Of a stretch of DNA of 64,000 bases, positions 43,528-54,295 are shown piece by piece. The notes below the pieces were generated by a model. The model was not told where the DNA came from. It saw only the letters and a program-made list of their open reading frames with translations, and did not search any database. Made by a program: the position numbers and the translations under genes. The stretch is from Candidatus Omnitrophota bacterium. Its GTDB lineage: Bacteria; Omnitrophota; Gorgyraeia; Duberdicusellales; 4484-171. The DNA lies in contig JBAWWL010000004.1 in NCBI GenBank assembly GCA_037146775.1, positions 22,471 to 86,470 of the forward strand, in the 5' to 3' direction. Every line of letters starts with the position of its first letter. The first letter of the stretch is position 1.

Positions 43528-45822
43528 TTATATATTCTCGTTTGCCACAACTGCCTGGCCTATTGATATCGCGCCATCGTTGAAGGGTGTGCGGTGGTGC
43601 CACGCAACCGAAAACCGCGAGGCTTTTAAAAGCTTTGCGGTTAAGGCAAGCAGCAAACAATTTTGGAATACTCCCCCCGAGAGCACTACCGTATTAATCC
43701 CGGAATCATTGCGCAGACGTTGCGCCATGTTTTGTATTATTTTTGCCATGGTAAAATGAAACGCATGGGCGACTAAACGACTGTCTTCCTTGCAAGAATA
43801 CGCTCTGGCCATGGCAGAAAACACAGGCCGCCAGTCAATACGGTAACTATTATACATTCTTTTGATGACCACCGGATAACTGTGCGCTTTACCTCTATAT
43901 TGCATAGCAAGCATCTCCAAAAGTATCGCTGCCTCAGCTTCGTAAGTAATTTTATGCTTCAACCCCAAGAGGCTTGAGGCTGCATCAAACAATCTGCCCG
44001 CCGAAGACGTAACAGTATATGTTTTATTCTGAATGAGACGAATAAATATATCGACTTCTTTTTTAGTAAAAGCCTCGAGAAAACTCATGCGTGTATCAAA
44101 CAGCCTTCCCCTGAAAAGCGCATATAAAAGATAGAGCGTAACCCGGGCTGGTTCTTGAATGGCTTTATCGCTGCCAAGAAGCCCGAAATAATCAAAATAC
44201 CCTTTGCGCACAAATGTTTTTCTATCCGCAATAAAAAACTCCCCTCCCCATACAGCATTATCCATACCCAGCCCCGTCCCGTCAAAACATACTCCGATGA
44301 CCTTCTCAAAAATCCTGTTCTCAAAAAGACAGGCAGCAATATGCGCATGATGATGCTGCACGGCTATTTTTTTTACATCTTTTAGCGAAAGTGCGTACTC
44401 GCTCGACATATAACCCGAATGATAATCATACGCGACAACATGCGGCTCGAAATTAAATATTTTTTTGTAATGAGCGAGCGCGGAAAGATAATATTCGTAA
44501 TTTGCGTAGTTCTTCAGGTCTCCGATATGCGGCGAAGCAATAAGATGATTGTTCTTGACGATAGAAAAGGTGTTTTTCAGTTCTGCGCCGCAGGCAAGTA
44601 TATTTTCTTTGTTGGCACATTCCATTACTTCGGGGGTATAGCCCCGCGCCGACCTGATAATAATTTCTTTATGCGCAAAAATTCTTACAATAGAATCGTC
44701 ACAGCGCATATGAATAGGACGATTATGAACAAGAGAATAATCTGTATAATTTTTAAGACGTGCCAGTTCTCTTTCGTTGGCGGCAAGAGGAAAGTCTTTT
44801 GCATTCCCCGAAGTCATCACCAAGACAGGTGACTTCGTATACGCTCTCAGGTAATGAAAAATAAGATAGTGTAACGGCGCATAGGCACACATCACCCCTA
44901 AGTATCCTTGTCCGGGCGCAACAGCCTCTACCCAAGGGGTCTTCCTTTTGATTTTCAAAAGTACGATAGGCCGGCGAGAAGAAAACAGAAGCTTTCTTTC
45001 TTCTTGGGTGATAGCGCAGATGTTTTTTAGCGTCCGTAAGTCATCGAGCATGACCGCAAAGGGTTTGGCTGGCCTTAATTTCTTTTCTCGTAAACGCATA
45101 ACGGCGCTTATGTTTTTTGCGTCGCACCCAAGATGATATCCGCCGATACCTTTTATCGCGACTATTTTTCCTCGATAAAGTAGTTTTGCCGTTTTCATTA
45201 ATAACGCTCTGTGGGGAGCAGAAAAATTTCCGGTACCCAGCGATACTGAGCGCCTTAAAGCAAGGCCGGGACCACAGCTAAAACAGGCGTTGGGCTGGGC
45301 GTGAAACCTGCGATTGGCCGGCTGATTATATTCTTCTCTGCATTGCGCACACAAAGAAAAACTATCCATGGTGGTAACACGCCGATCGTAAGGCACGTCT
45401 TTGGTGATCGTAAAACGAGGGCCGCAATTTGTACAGTTGATAAAAGGATATAAATATCTTCTATCGTTTTTACTGAATAATTCTTCCCGGCAATCTTCGC
45501 AGATAGACAAATCATGCGATATAAACGTGAACGCATCTTTGTCTGCGCGGCTTTCCCGGATACAAAACGTGGTTTCGCCTTGGCGTGCGAGCGACTTTTG
45601 GGTTATTGTGGCGATAGAGCTCGCGGGGGGAGGGTTATTTTTCATCTCCTTTATATATGCACTAATATCTTTTCTTTCTCCCTCAACCTCTGCGACGACG
45701 CCTTGTGGGTTATTAAAAACAAAACCGCCCAGGCGAAATTTTTTAGACAGATTATAGAGGTACGGCCGAAAACCTACGCCCTGGACAATACCGTTAATGT
45801 GTAGCCTTACACGCTGTTTCAT
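43528..45822 (-). CDS. hypF: carbamoyltransferase HypF
   Basis: GIVQGVGFRP, two Zn fingers, RRFHAQP, KGIGGYHL, QHHHAH, SGGVFQN, NDG.I.IGQ. Confidence 0.96.
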   Translation of the reverse strand: MKQRVRLHINGIVQGVGFRPYLYNLSKKFRLGGFVFNNPQGVVAEVEGERKDISAYIKEMKNNPPPASSIATITQKSLARQGETTFCIRESRADKDAFTFISHDLSICEDCREELFSKNDRRYLYPFINCTNCGPRFTITKDVPYDRRVTTMDSFSLCAQCREEYNQPANRRFHAQPNACFSCGPGLALRRSVSLGTGNFSAPHRALLMKTAKLLYRGKIVAIKGIGGYHLGCDAKNISAVMRLREKKLRPAKPFAVMLDDLRTLKNICAITQEERKLLFSSRRPIVLLKIKRKTPWVEAVAPGQGYLGVMCAYAPLHYLIFHYLRAYTKSPVLVMTSGNAKDFPLAANERELARLKNYTDYSLVHNRPIHMRCDDSIVRIFAHKEIIIRSARGYTPEVMECANKENILACGAELKNTFSIVKNNHLIASPHIGDLKNYANYEYYLSALAHYKKIFNFEPHVVAYDYHSGYMSSEYALSLKDVKKIAVQHHHAHIAACLFENRIFEKVIGVCFDGTGLGMDNAVWGGEFFIADRKTFVRKGYFDYFGLLGSDKAIQEPARVTLYLLYALFRGRLFDTRMSFLEAFTKKEVDIFIRLIQNKTYTVTSSAGRLFDAASSLLGLKHKITYEAEAAILLEMLAMQYRGKAHSYPVVIKRMYNSYRIDWRPVFSAMARAYSCKEDSRLVAHAFHFTMAKIIQNMAQRLRNDSGINTVVLSGGVFQNCLLLALTAKLLKASRFSVAWHHRTPFNDGAISIGQAVVANENI

Positions 45823-45875
45823 TTTTTCACTATCCAGAAACAATGGTGGGTTTACTTCTGCCGTGTTATATATTG

Positions 45876-46700
45876 CTATAATGCCGAGATAACGACGACA
45901 TCTAAGATACAGTTTACGTTGACGCGCCAGGACTGTTGTTGGTAGTTTTGATATAAAAGATAAAGATGATTGTTTTCTTGCACAAGACGTGTGGGTTTTA
46001 TTTTTTGTTCTTCGATTATATTCGCAGAAGAAAAATGGCGCATCTTTATGAAGTATTGTTTATCGATCGCCTCTTGCATTGAGGAAACCTTAATAGCCTT
46101 CCTGGTTTGAAACAAGTCGTTGCTAAATCCGTAGAGCGATAAAAAATCTTCCAAGCGTGCCAGTTGTTTTTCTTTCAAAATATCCGCCAGTTTAAAAAAT
46201 ACCTCAGATGCCATAAACGCATCATCGAGTGCTCGATGTGCCTTAGGAAAAGGTATGTTAAACGATGCAGCTACCGCGGCTAAATTATATTTTTCTAATC
46301 GCACTGTTTTTCGCGCCATAGCAAGAATATCTATGGCAGGAAATTGCGCAAGGCTGTGATTGACTTTTTTGAGTTCGTATTCCAAAAAGCCAGCGTCAAA
46401 TTCAATATTATAGGCAAAAATTACACAACCATCAAGAAACCCTAAAAGATTCTGCGCAAGATATTCAAAGGCCGGTGCATCCTTCACTGTTTCGTTGGAA
46501 ATACCGTGGATACGGTATGCTTCTTGAGGAATATCTCTTTTCGGATTCACTAAGTTATGAAACGTGTCGACAACTGTCCGGTTTCGTATCTTCACGACCC
46601 CCACCTCACATATCGCATCCCCTCTCGCCGGTTCCAAACCCGTAGTTTCGAGGTCAAGAAAAGCTAAATCATGACTTTCGATCTGCTGCTTAAATTCCAT
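45876..46700 (-). CDS. DEDDh 3'-5' exonuclease (DnaQ-like) with a C-terminal extension
   Basis: DLETTG, IHGI, N..FD, HRALDDA. Confidence 0.85.
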   Translation of the reverse strand: MEFKQQIESHDLAFLDLETTGLEPARGDAICEVGVVKIRNRTVVDTFHNLVNPKRDIPQEAYRIHGISNETVKDAPAFEYLAQNLLGFLDGCVIFAYNIEFDAGFLEYELKKVNHSLAQFPAIDILAMARKTVRLEKYNLAAVAASFNIPFPKAHRALDDAFMASEVFFKLADILKEKQLARLEDFLSLYGFSNDLFQTRKAIKVSSMQEAIDKQYFIKMRHFSSANIIEEQKIKPTRLVQENNHLYLLYQNYQQQSWRVNVNCILDVVVISAL

Positions 46701-46744
46701 GTATTTTTTGTATTGCGAAAGGTTTTTACGCGTAACGATATCGA

Positions 46745-47155
46745 TTACGCTACTATCTTTACCACAATGGTCCGTTCCCTTTTTCGAATATCAAAATCAA
46801 TCAAAACAACCTGCTGCCACGTGCCTAAATCAAGCTTACCCGCAGTTATCGAAACAAATAAATTTGTCTTAAGCAATGAGCTGCATAAATGCGAGTGGGC
46901 ATTGTTATCATTCCAGGTAAAATTGTGAGCATAATCATTTTGAGCGGGAACAGTGTGCTCAAAAAATTTTTTTACGTCTTTTTCTAGGCCGGGCTCATAT
47001 TCCATGGTAGTAATTCCGGCAGTAGAACCAATTACTGATATAAATAAAATGCCGTCTTGTACATTTTCTTCGTCAATAATACCCTCTAACTGCGATGTGA
47101 TATTGATAATATCGGCGTTGCCTTTGGTTGAGAGCTTTATATACCTGGTTTTCAT
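46745..47155 (-). CDS. YjbQ/UPF0047 family protein
   Basis: STAGITTMEYE, NAHSHL, LGTWQ. Confidence 0.88.
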   Translation of the reverse strand: MKTRYIKLSTKGNADIINITSQLEGIIDEENVQDGILFISVIGSTAGITTMEYEPGLEKDVKKFFEHTVPAQNDYAHNFTWNDNNAHSHLCSSLLKTNLFVSITAGKLDLGTWQQVVLIDFDIRKRERTIVVKIVA

Positions 47156-47178
47156 GGTACACAGCAATAAAAATAGTG

Positions 47179-47499
47179 TTAGCGAATTTTACTGCCTGGC
47201 TCAACTGCGTTTAGAGGGATAAGAATGCTGGTGGTACTGCTGCCTTGCGCGGCGAGCAACATTCCTTCAGACATACATCCCCGGATCTCTCTTGGTTCTA
47301 GGTTGATTATAATAATGCCGCATTTATCCTTTAAATCTTCAGCGGTATAATAAGGCCTTATCCCAGCCACCAGTTGGACAACCTTTTCTCCTATATCCAC
47401 CTTTAAAAGATATAGCTTATCCGCGTTGGGATGCGTTGTGACTTCTACGATTTTTCCCACCCTTATATCCAGTTTAGCAAAATCATCAAAAGTGACCAT
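47179..47499 (-). CDS. stand-alone tRNA-binding OB-fold (MetG C-terminal/Trbp111/CsaA)
   Basis: FDDFAKLDIRVG, HPNADKL, NLEPR, SEGMLLAA. Confidence 0.9.
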   Translation of the reverse strand: MVTFDDFAKLDIRVGKIVEVTTHPNADKLYLLKVDIGEKVVQLVAGIRPYYTAEDLKDKCGIIIINLEPREIRGCMSEGMLLAAQGSSTTSILIPLNAVEPGSKIR

Positions 47500-47649
47500 G
47501 ACCCCCTCCTTTTAGACTCCATTACGCTCGCTACCCAATCCATGTATGCCCCATTGGCATACAGAGTGGCATATTGGGATAGTATTGTAGCAACTTTGTC
47601 GATTTACGCAATATTTATTATAAGTACCGGGAGGAACTTATGAACCGCT

Positions 47650-48609
47650 TTACGGTCCGGGGTGAATTATTTTGTAGTCGCGGATAAATACTATTTTTTC
47701 AATCAGAGACTGCGGGCCAGTTTTAATTAATAACTCGTCAAGATAAGGATCGGCGGAAGAAATACCTAACTCCAGTTGATACATGTTCATATTTTCTTTT
47801 TCGCCAATCCAGCGAAAATCCGCGTAAAAACTGTTGTTTCTATAAAGTTTTACCGTAGTCAGCGGTTTGTTGAGATATGCTATTATTTTGAATGGCACTT
47901 TTTCGTATGGGAAACCGTATGCGTGAAGTTTAAAATCGCTGGCGCCAGGATATGCCACAAAATGTATACTCATGTCTCCCCACTTACTGTGAACTTCCGC
48001 TTTTATGGGGATGGTATCCGACAACAGTTTAAAATAGTCTCTCACTCTTTCCCACTGATTTGCATAGGCAAGAAACAATATCATGTGGTTAAAGGCTTTT
48101 TTATAATCTTGTTTTTGAATATAATATTGAGCTAAATACCGGTGTGGTTTATAGTTTTTCCAACTCAATTGTGCGGCCCTTAACAACTCCCCTTCCGCGT
48201 GAGGATTCTCCTTTTGGGCATAATAATACCCAAGTTTTAAATGATATTCCCAATTGATAGGATTTAAATCAATGGCCTGCCTGTAAAGCCCCTCTATCTC
48301 GTCATCTTTGATTACTAAGGCATTTGCCAGGCCCTCCCCGGATGCTTGCAGCATAGTATCGGCCTTGAGAACAATATATTCAGCGTTACCATTATGGTAC
48401 GCTATCGCTTTGGTTAAAAAAGAAAGTACGGTAGTATAATAATCATTCTCCGCATAATCAAGTGCGGTTTTTTTATGGTTGACGGCTTTTTCAAAAAGGA
48501 ACATCGATGCTGTATTGGTATAAAGAAAACATGCACAGACAGCGATCGCAAGGATAACTATGCTGGATAACCAATAAAGCATTTTTGTTTCAAATATCTT
48601 TTCTCTCAT
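47650..48609 (-). CDS. membrane-anchored TPR protein
   Basis: N-terminal TM; AIDLNP..WEYHLKLG TPR-like repeats. Confidence 0.65.
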   Translation of the reverse strand: MREKIFETKMLYWLSSIVILAIAVCACFLYTNTASMFLFEKAVNHKKTALDYAENDYYTTVLSFLTKAIAYHNGNAEYIVLKADTMLQASGEGLANALVIKDDEIEGLYRQAIDLNPINWEYHLKLGYYYAQKENPHAEGELLRAAQLSWKNYKPHRYLAQYYIQKQDYKKAFNHMILFLAYANQWERVRDYFKLLSDTIPIKAEVHSKWGDMSIHFVAYPGASDFKLHAYGFPYEKVPFKIIAYLNKPLTTVKLYRNNSFYADFRWIGEKENMNMYQLELGISSADPYLDELLIKTGPQSLIEKIVFIRDYKIIHPGP

Positions 48610-49928
48610 GTCTCCTCTTCGTTATCGGAAGAAGGGTGCAAGAAACGAGTGTAAGCACATTTATAGCTTAAGCCCATAATAAGCCAAAACAAAAAGGTAA
48701 CCGCAGGAATATGAAAATTGAACTCAAAAATGCTATGAAATAATACACCAATGAGGCCACACCATCCTCCTAAGACAATATTTTGCACAAAAGGATCGTG
48801 TCGTTTCGTTATTTGCCCGAAGATATCTTTTAGTATCTTAAAAATAAAAAAGAAATAGAATAAGGCACCGATTAACCCGATTTCTACGATCATTTGCAAG
48901 TATTCGTTATGCAAATATTTATAATAGACGGGAAATGTCGCGAATGTTTGATAGATAGGGAATATATACGAAAAATTACCCAATCCGCACCCACACAAAG
49001 GAAAATCACGCGTTATCGCAAGAGAGTCCCTGGAAATAGCCCACCTTCCCAGCAAGCCTTCCTTTAAAAAAATGAATGTCTTTTTTAGCGGGCCGGGACC
49101 GGCAACCGCCAATAAAAGCATACTTACCGCAACCACTAAAATAATGACTCCGTATTTTGCCATATCGGCATTTTGCCGAAACAGCAGATAGCACATCACC
49201 ATTAAAGACAACAAAAGACTGAAGGATCCGGCACGGGAAAGCGAAAGGAAAATACTAGCCGAAATCATCGCGGCAATAAAGCCGAAAATGAGCTTTACAA
49301 AAATATTGCGGCACGATAAGCCGTACCCGATAGCTAAAGGTACAACCATAATCATATATCCGGCGAAATGATTGGCATTACCGAAGGTACTGAATGATTG
49401 CGTTTCTACTGCTCCAAGCACAGTGTATTTCTTAAAGAGGCCATAAAAAGATAGGAGGAGGCCCCAAAATATAATCACCAGGACGATCCTTTGAAATTGG
49501 CGTTTTTTTTCCAACACATTCATTGCAATTATAAATACACTGAAAATTGAAAAGAATTTTACTGCTTCCTCCTTGAGAGGCAGCGTGTAAAAAGCTATTC
49601 GTAAAAATTCTTGTGCTTTTGCAGAAAGTGCGTTATGTTCCACCAAGGCAGCCGTATGAGGAGAAAAAATCCGCAGTATAAAGGCGGGTAAAGAAATTAA
49701 CTGCAAGACGATTGTGCAAAGAAAAAAACCAATAAGGCATAGGTACGGAGGATATAGAATTTTATGCGGTCTGGAAAAAAGTAATCTGCCAATAAATAAT
49801 ATTATCAGGAGCAGGCAAACAAGCTGAAGAATAGCCGCGGATAACGGCGTAACCGCAGCGTAAAAAAGAGGAGAAAAGATAATAAGAAAGAGTAGGACAC
49901 ATTCGCAAGATACAGACCAACTCATCAT
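48606..49928 (-). CDS. O-antigen ligase/Wzy-family polymerase
   Basis: Multi-TM; FGNANHFAG, SLSRAG, G.GLGNF, HNEYLQ, HS..EF. Confidence 0.85.
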   Translation of the reverse strand: MMSWSVSCECVLLFLIIFSPLFYAAVTPLSAAILQLVCLLLIILFIGRLLFSRPHKILYPPYLCLIGFFLCTIVLQLISLPAFILRIFSPHTAALVEHNALSAKAQEFLRIAFYTLPLKEEAVKFFSIFSVFIIAMNVLEKKRQFQRIVLVIIFWGLLLSFYGLFKKYTVLGAVETQSFSTFGNANHFAGYMIMVVPLAIGYGLSCRNIFVKLIFGFIAAMISASIFLSLSRAGSFSLLLSLMVMCYLLFRQNADMAKYGVIILVVAVSMLLLAVAGPGPLKKTFIFLKEGLLGRWAISRDSLAITRDFPLCGCGLGNFSYIFPIYQTFATFPVYYKYLHNEYLQMIVEIGLIGALFYFFFIFKILKDIFGQITKRHDPFVQNIVLGGWCGLIGVLFHSIFEFNFHIPAVTFLFWLIMGLSYKCAYTRFLHPSSDNEEET

Positions 49929-49937
49929 CGTTGGATA

Positions 49938-51782
49938 TCAGGGCTTTTCACGGGTGGAAGAGTAATAATAGTGGTGATAATAGTAGCGGTCGTGTGCCAC
50001 CTCTGTATTGTTCAACACTGCACCAACCACTTTGACTTTAGTATCAATAATCTTTTTCGCTTCCAAGATATATTTTATAGAGGTGGAGCCAGTTTTTATA
50101 ACAAATACCACACCATCACATTTGTCTCCTAAAATCAGCGCTTCAGCGACGTTTAAAATCGGTGTGGAATCAATCACAACTCTTCGAAATTTCTTTTCCA
50201 GTTCTCGCAAAATATTCGGCAGCCGTTCCGAACTGATAAGTTCGGTGGGATTCGGCGTGTAAGGACCCGCTGAAAGCAGAAACAGGTTGGGAATAAAGGT
50301 AGGAGTAACCGCCTCATCCAGAGAAGCCGTTCCTGCCAAAACACTGCTTAAGCCATGTTTTGGTTTAAGGTCGAATGTCTTGTGCAGGTTGCCTTTACGC
50401 ATATCTCCATCGACCAATATCGTCGGTTCTTTGGCTTGAGCGAATATGATTGATAAATTACAAGAAATCAATGTTTTGCCTTCGCCAGGGACTGAACTGG
50501 TTATCACCATAGTGCGTAAAGGCTTGTCTTCGGGAAATGAGAAAATCAAAGAGACCTTTAAGTTTCTAAACGCTTCAGCAATGCGTGACTTTGGTTTGAT
50601 ATGAGAAACTAAATTTCTGTGTTTTGGTTCTCTTAATTCTCTTTTTGCGGAAGGCAGATATCCCAAGAATGCGAATTTCGCATAAAACTCAACGTCGTCG
50701 GATGTTTTTAGGCTGGAATCTATCCTTTCTAAAAACAAAGAGAGGAATATACCAAACATTAAACTTCCCAACATGGCCACGGGAATATCGGTAAAAGGCC
50801 GGGGCCGATAAGGGCTTTTTGGTTCTACTGCTGCGTCCAGCACCCGCATACTCGAGAGAGTTAACTCCTTAGACACATCTAATTCCTTGGCGCGTGTTAA
50901 GAAATCGTCATAGAGAGACTTGTAGGTTTCAACCTTTCTTTTTAAGATTCCGTATTCGGCCATTTTCTCCTGTAACGCAAGGCGGATATTGGTTTCTTCT
51001 GTTAATTTATCCACAACCGACTTCGCCTGGCTTGTTAACGCAAGCATTTTAGGATGTTTGTTTTTGTACCGTTTTGACGCCTCTGCAATTTGCGTATCGA
51101 GCTGCGCTTTCTGCGCTTTCAAGCTCTCAATGAGCGCTTCGGTTTTTGATTCGATATCCGGAACGGTGACTATTTTGTTTATCCGGAGAAAATTATTCAA
51201 TAATTTTTCTGCCTCATTCAACTTTAACAGCGTATCCGTCAGTTGATTTTCTAAGAACGAGACGCCATACTTAGCAGTGCCTACCCTTCGCTCCACATCC
51301 TGGTAGATGAATTCGCGTGTCCACGTATTCGCTATAGCGGTAATTTTTAAAGGGTTTGCGCCTCTTACCGAGACAACAGCAATATTACTGAATTTTAGCT
51401 GTGATACCTTTACCATAGCAAGCAGTTGTCCGGCGGGGTCGGGAGAGTGTATGAATTCCGGGTCGCGGTCTAATTCTAATTTTTTTATTACCCGCTCGGC
51501 TAACGAACGTGACTCCAGAATATTTAATTGCGTGAGATAATAGTCTCGGCCAACTACGGGCTGCCCCTGATATACATCTTCAACTTTTCCGGTAATTTTT
51601 GGTTTTTCATATTCAATGATTACCGTTGATTTTACCTCGTATTTTTTTGGTGTTGAAAAATCGTAGAATGCGACCGTCCCGGTTGCAAATACAAAAATAG
51701 CGAAAATAAGCCATATGTGCTTCGTTAGTATGGCAACATAATCGTTTGCCGTTAATTCTTTTACTTCCGGTGGTGGTATCAT
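49938..51782 (-). CDS. wzc: Wzc-like polysaccharide co-polymerase/BY-kinase
   Basis: Two TMs, AEAFR, TSSVPGEGKT, DGDMR, DSTP, C-terminal Tyr cluster RYYYHHYYY. Confidence 0.9.
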   Translation of the reverse strand: MIPPPEVKELTANDYVAILTKHIWLIFAIFVFATGTVAFYDFSTPKKYEVKSTVIIEYEKPKITGKVEDVYQGQPVVGRDYYLTQLNILESRSLAERVIKKLELDRDPEFIHSPDPAGQLLAMVKVSQLKFSNIAVVSVRGANPLKITAIANTWTREFIYQDVERRVGTAKYGVSFLENQLTDTLLKLNEAEKLLNNFLRINKIVTVPDIESKTEALIESLKAQKAQLDTQIAEASKRYKNKHPKMLALTSQAKSVVDKLTEETNIRLALQEKMAEYGILKRKVETYKSLYDDFLTRAKELDVSKELTLSSMRVLDAAVEPKSPYRPRPFTDIPVAMLGSLMFGIFLSLFLERIDSSLKTSDDVEFYAKFAFLGYLPSAKRELREPKHRNLVSHIKPKSRIAEAFRNLKVSLIFSFPEDKPLRTMVITSSVPGEGKTLISCNLSIIFAQAKEPTILVDGDMRKGNLHKTFDLKPKHGLSSVLAGTASLDEAVTPTFIPNLFLLSAGPYTPNPTELISSERLPNILRELEKKFRRVVIDSTPILNVAEALILGDKCDGVVFVIKTGSTSIKYILEAKKIIDTKVKVVGAVLNNTEVAHDRYYYHHYYYSSTREKP

Positions 51783-51785
51783 AGT

Positions 51786-52841
51786 TTAGAAAAATCCCTC
51801 ATCTACCATTACTACATCGCCCTCGCCCAAAAGTATATCTTTTGATTTATCGCCGCTTTTCAGAAGATAACCAACCGGTACATTAAACGTTTGCCGCTTC
51901 CCTTTTATCTCTTCTCGAATTACCCGTACCGCGTTTTGATTTGCAGTCTCAGTAAAACCCCCTGCTCTTGCGATGGCATCGGTCACGGTAATACCGCGCT
52001 TAAAATCGTAGCTACCCGGTTTCTTTACCTGCCCAAGAACAGAAAATTGTTTGTATGCGGTGACAAAAACCGTATCGTTGTTTTTTAATAAAAACGATTT
52101 GCCCTGTTGATCCAAATTTATTATGTACGCGTTGATTCCTTTTTGTTCTTGCCTTTCAACTTTAATCTTGGTAACATCGGCGTCTTCTTTCGCTCCGCCG
52201 GCAAGAGCAACGACATCAAGCAACGCGGCATCTTTTGTGAGATAATAATTTCCGGGTCTATTCACTTCGCCCAATACAGAGACTTTTCCGTATTCGCCTA
52301 CGATAATCCTGTCGGAAGAATTGATAAGAAAATCCCTTCCTTGTGTTTCTAGGTTCAAAATATATTCCCGTTCAACATTATTTTCTTTCCTGACGACTTT
52401 TATTTTAGAAAGATCAGCGGACTCTTTCGCTCCGCCGGCAAGAGCTATGGCATCCAATAACGTTAAATTACCTTTAAGCTCATAGCCGCCTTCGCGGTTG
52501 ACCTTGCCTACAAGGTAAAACTTTGAATATTCACGTACAAATATGCTTACCTGCGGATTCACTAAATACTCTTTTTCAAGCAATTCCCCTATATTGGTCG
52601 CCGCTTCCTTTACGTTAAAGCCGACGACGGTTATTTCTCCGATGAAAGGATATGTAATTTTTCCGTCCTCGGAAACTTTTACGGTTTTATTTAAATCGGG
52701 CTCGTCATATACAGAAATCTCCAGAGTGTCGCCTGGTTTGATCGTATACGTTGTGTTACTATTTTGAGAGAACAGCAATGCTTCTTGATTACAAAAAAAC
52801 ACGATAACGAAAAGCGCAAGTATAGAAATTATTTTTTTCAT
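51786..52841 (-). CDS. Wza-like polysaccharide export protein with three SLBB domains
   Basis: YTIKPGD.L.I.V, G.I.YPFIG, repeated GEV..PG.Y...DAIA.AGG. Confidence 0.88.
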   Translation of the reverse strand: MKKIISILALFVIVFFCNQEALLFSQNSNTTYTIKPGDTLEISVYDEPDLNKTVKVSEDGKITYPFIGEITVVGFNVKEAATNIGELLEKEYLVNPQVSIFVREYSKFYLVGKVNREGGYELKGNLTLLDAIALAGGAKESADLSKIKVVRKENNVEREYILNLETQGRDFLINSSDRIIVGEYGKVSVLGEVNRPGNYYLTKDAALLDVVALAGGAKEDADVTKIKVERQEQKGINAYIINLDQQGKSFLLKNNDTVFVTAYKQFSVLGQVKKPGSYDFKRGITVTDAIARAGGFTETANQNAVRVIREEIKGKRQTFNVPVGYLLKSGDKSKDILLGEGDVVMVDEGFF

Positions 52842-54280
52842 TAGAATTCTGCGGTTAGCTCCAAATCCCCAAGATTATTCTTATATTTGTTTGTTGCTAT
52901 ATTAGACATCCTGGTACCATACAAGTATCCGATTCCAATTGTCAACCACTTTTTTAATTTATATTCCGGCTTTAAGGTAACATAAAGATATTTGTCTCTG
53001 GTATCCGGTTCTGAATTCTGCTCTTTGTAGCCGACACCCGTAGCAAAACGAAGGCGTTTATTAAAAAGAGGCAGGTAGTTGCAGCCAAGCAAAACACCAT
53101 GGATCTTTGCCGTACCCTCATCAAGCAAATTTGCCTCGCCCAATCCGTTAACAAGTTCCAAGTTATATACTAACCGCGGTGTTTGTTGATAGTCGAATCT
53201 CATTTTGACGGTAGGGCCTGCGTATTTTCTTTGGCCTGAGGTGGGATCGGTACTTCTATAGCCATATTTTAGCGAACCGCTTAATTTGTTGAAAGCGCTG
53301 CTTACGCCCCACCAGTATTTGTTATAGGTCCAGCGGCCCGGCTTGGACTTTATCGTATCTATCCAGCCATGTACATAATCAAATAGTAAATTCGTTTTGG
53401 GAGTTATTTGCAATGAACTTACCAGCGCCAGATTATTACGCTTGCGGTTGCTGGAAACATAATCGTCTTGTTGGTATACCGTGTAGTTATGATAATATTG
53501 CAGCCCCCATTTAAGTTTCTTAAAACTCGTCTCAAAACTGCTGCCGTAATCAAAGAACCACATATCGATAAATTCACGGTTAGTTGCCTCGTTGTATACC
53601 TCAAGCTCGCCACTGGTAGCCCTTCGTCTGTAGATATTGGTCGTCACCGACACCCCATAGTTTTTCGCATTATATTTTACGAAACCGCCACCATAAGGAA
53701 GCTGGGTATCCTTCGCATGATTACGCACATAGCTGACAAGTTCCGTTCCGGCAACAAGACGATAATCGAGGCCTCCTTTGGAAATTTTATTTTTAATCTC
53801 TATACCGGGATCCGCTATGGTAACAAAATCGGACATTTCGTTGTCGTTATCCAGCAAAATATTATCGGTAAATTGTTCTTTTACCTTTAGATACGGACTT
53901 ACATTTTTCAAGAAACGCTTGACCTTAAGTAACTTTTCTTCCTGCCAGAGACGACGTTCTTTTTTTTCAACGACCGCGTCGGTTTCTGCCGGAATAGTCT
54001 CGGGGACCGGGGATACCGCACCTTGTTGTTCTTCCGGCGCAAGAGTCGATGATGCAGTGACCGTACTCATCTCAAAATTTTTACTGGGAGTGGTTTCGTT
54101 CGCGTAATAATCCAGAGTGTAAGAAACAAGGTCTTTTCGGGGTATGCCCGCAAACGCCGGCATGCACAGTAAACCTATTATACCGAGAAAAAATATGACT
54201 CTCAATTTTATATTTCCCAAACAAATATGCCCCGCTTCATAATAAATACCGCAAAGGATTATCAAAGCAATCAACAACAA
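52841..54280 (-). CDS. outer-membrane beta-barrel protein of the EPS locus (start uncertain)
   Basis: Tyr-rich alternating strands, TDNI, C-terminal Phe (LTAEF); adjacent to wza. Confidence 0.72.
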   Translation of the reverse strand: MLLIALIILCGIYYEAGHICLGNIKLRVIFFLGIIGLLCMPAFAGIPRKDLVSYTLDYYANETTPSKNFEMSTVTASSTLAPEEQQGAVSPVPETIPAETDAVVEKKERRLWQEEKLLKVKRFLKNVSPYLKVKEQFTDNILLDNDNEMSDFVTIADPGIEIKNKISKGGLDYRLVAGTELVSYVRNHAKDTQLPYGGGFVKYNAKNYGVSVTTNIYRRRATSGELEVYNEATNREFIDMWFFDYGSSFETSFKKLKWGLQYYHNYTVYQQDDYVSSNRKRNNLALVSSLQITPKTNLLFDYVHGWIDTIKSKPGRWTYNKYWWGVSSAFNKLSGSLKYGYRSTDPTSGQRKYAGPTVKMRFDYQQTPRLVYNLELVNGLGEANLLDEGTAKIHGVLLGCNYLPLFNKRLRFATGVGYKEQNSEPDTRDKYLYVTLKPEYKLKKWLTIGIGYLYGTRMSNIATNKYKNNLGDLELTAEF

Positions 54281-54295
54281 AACTATTTTTGGTGA

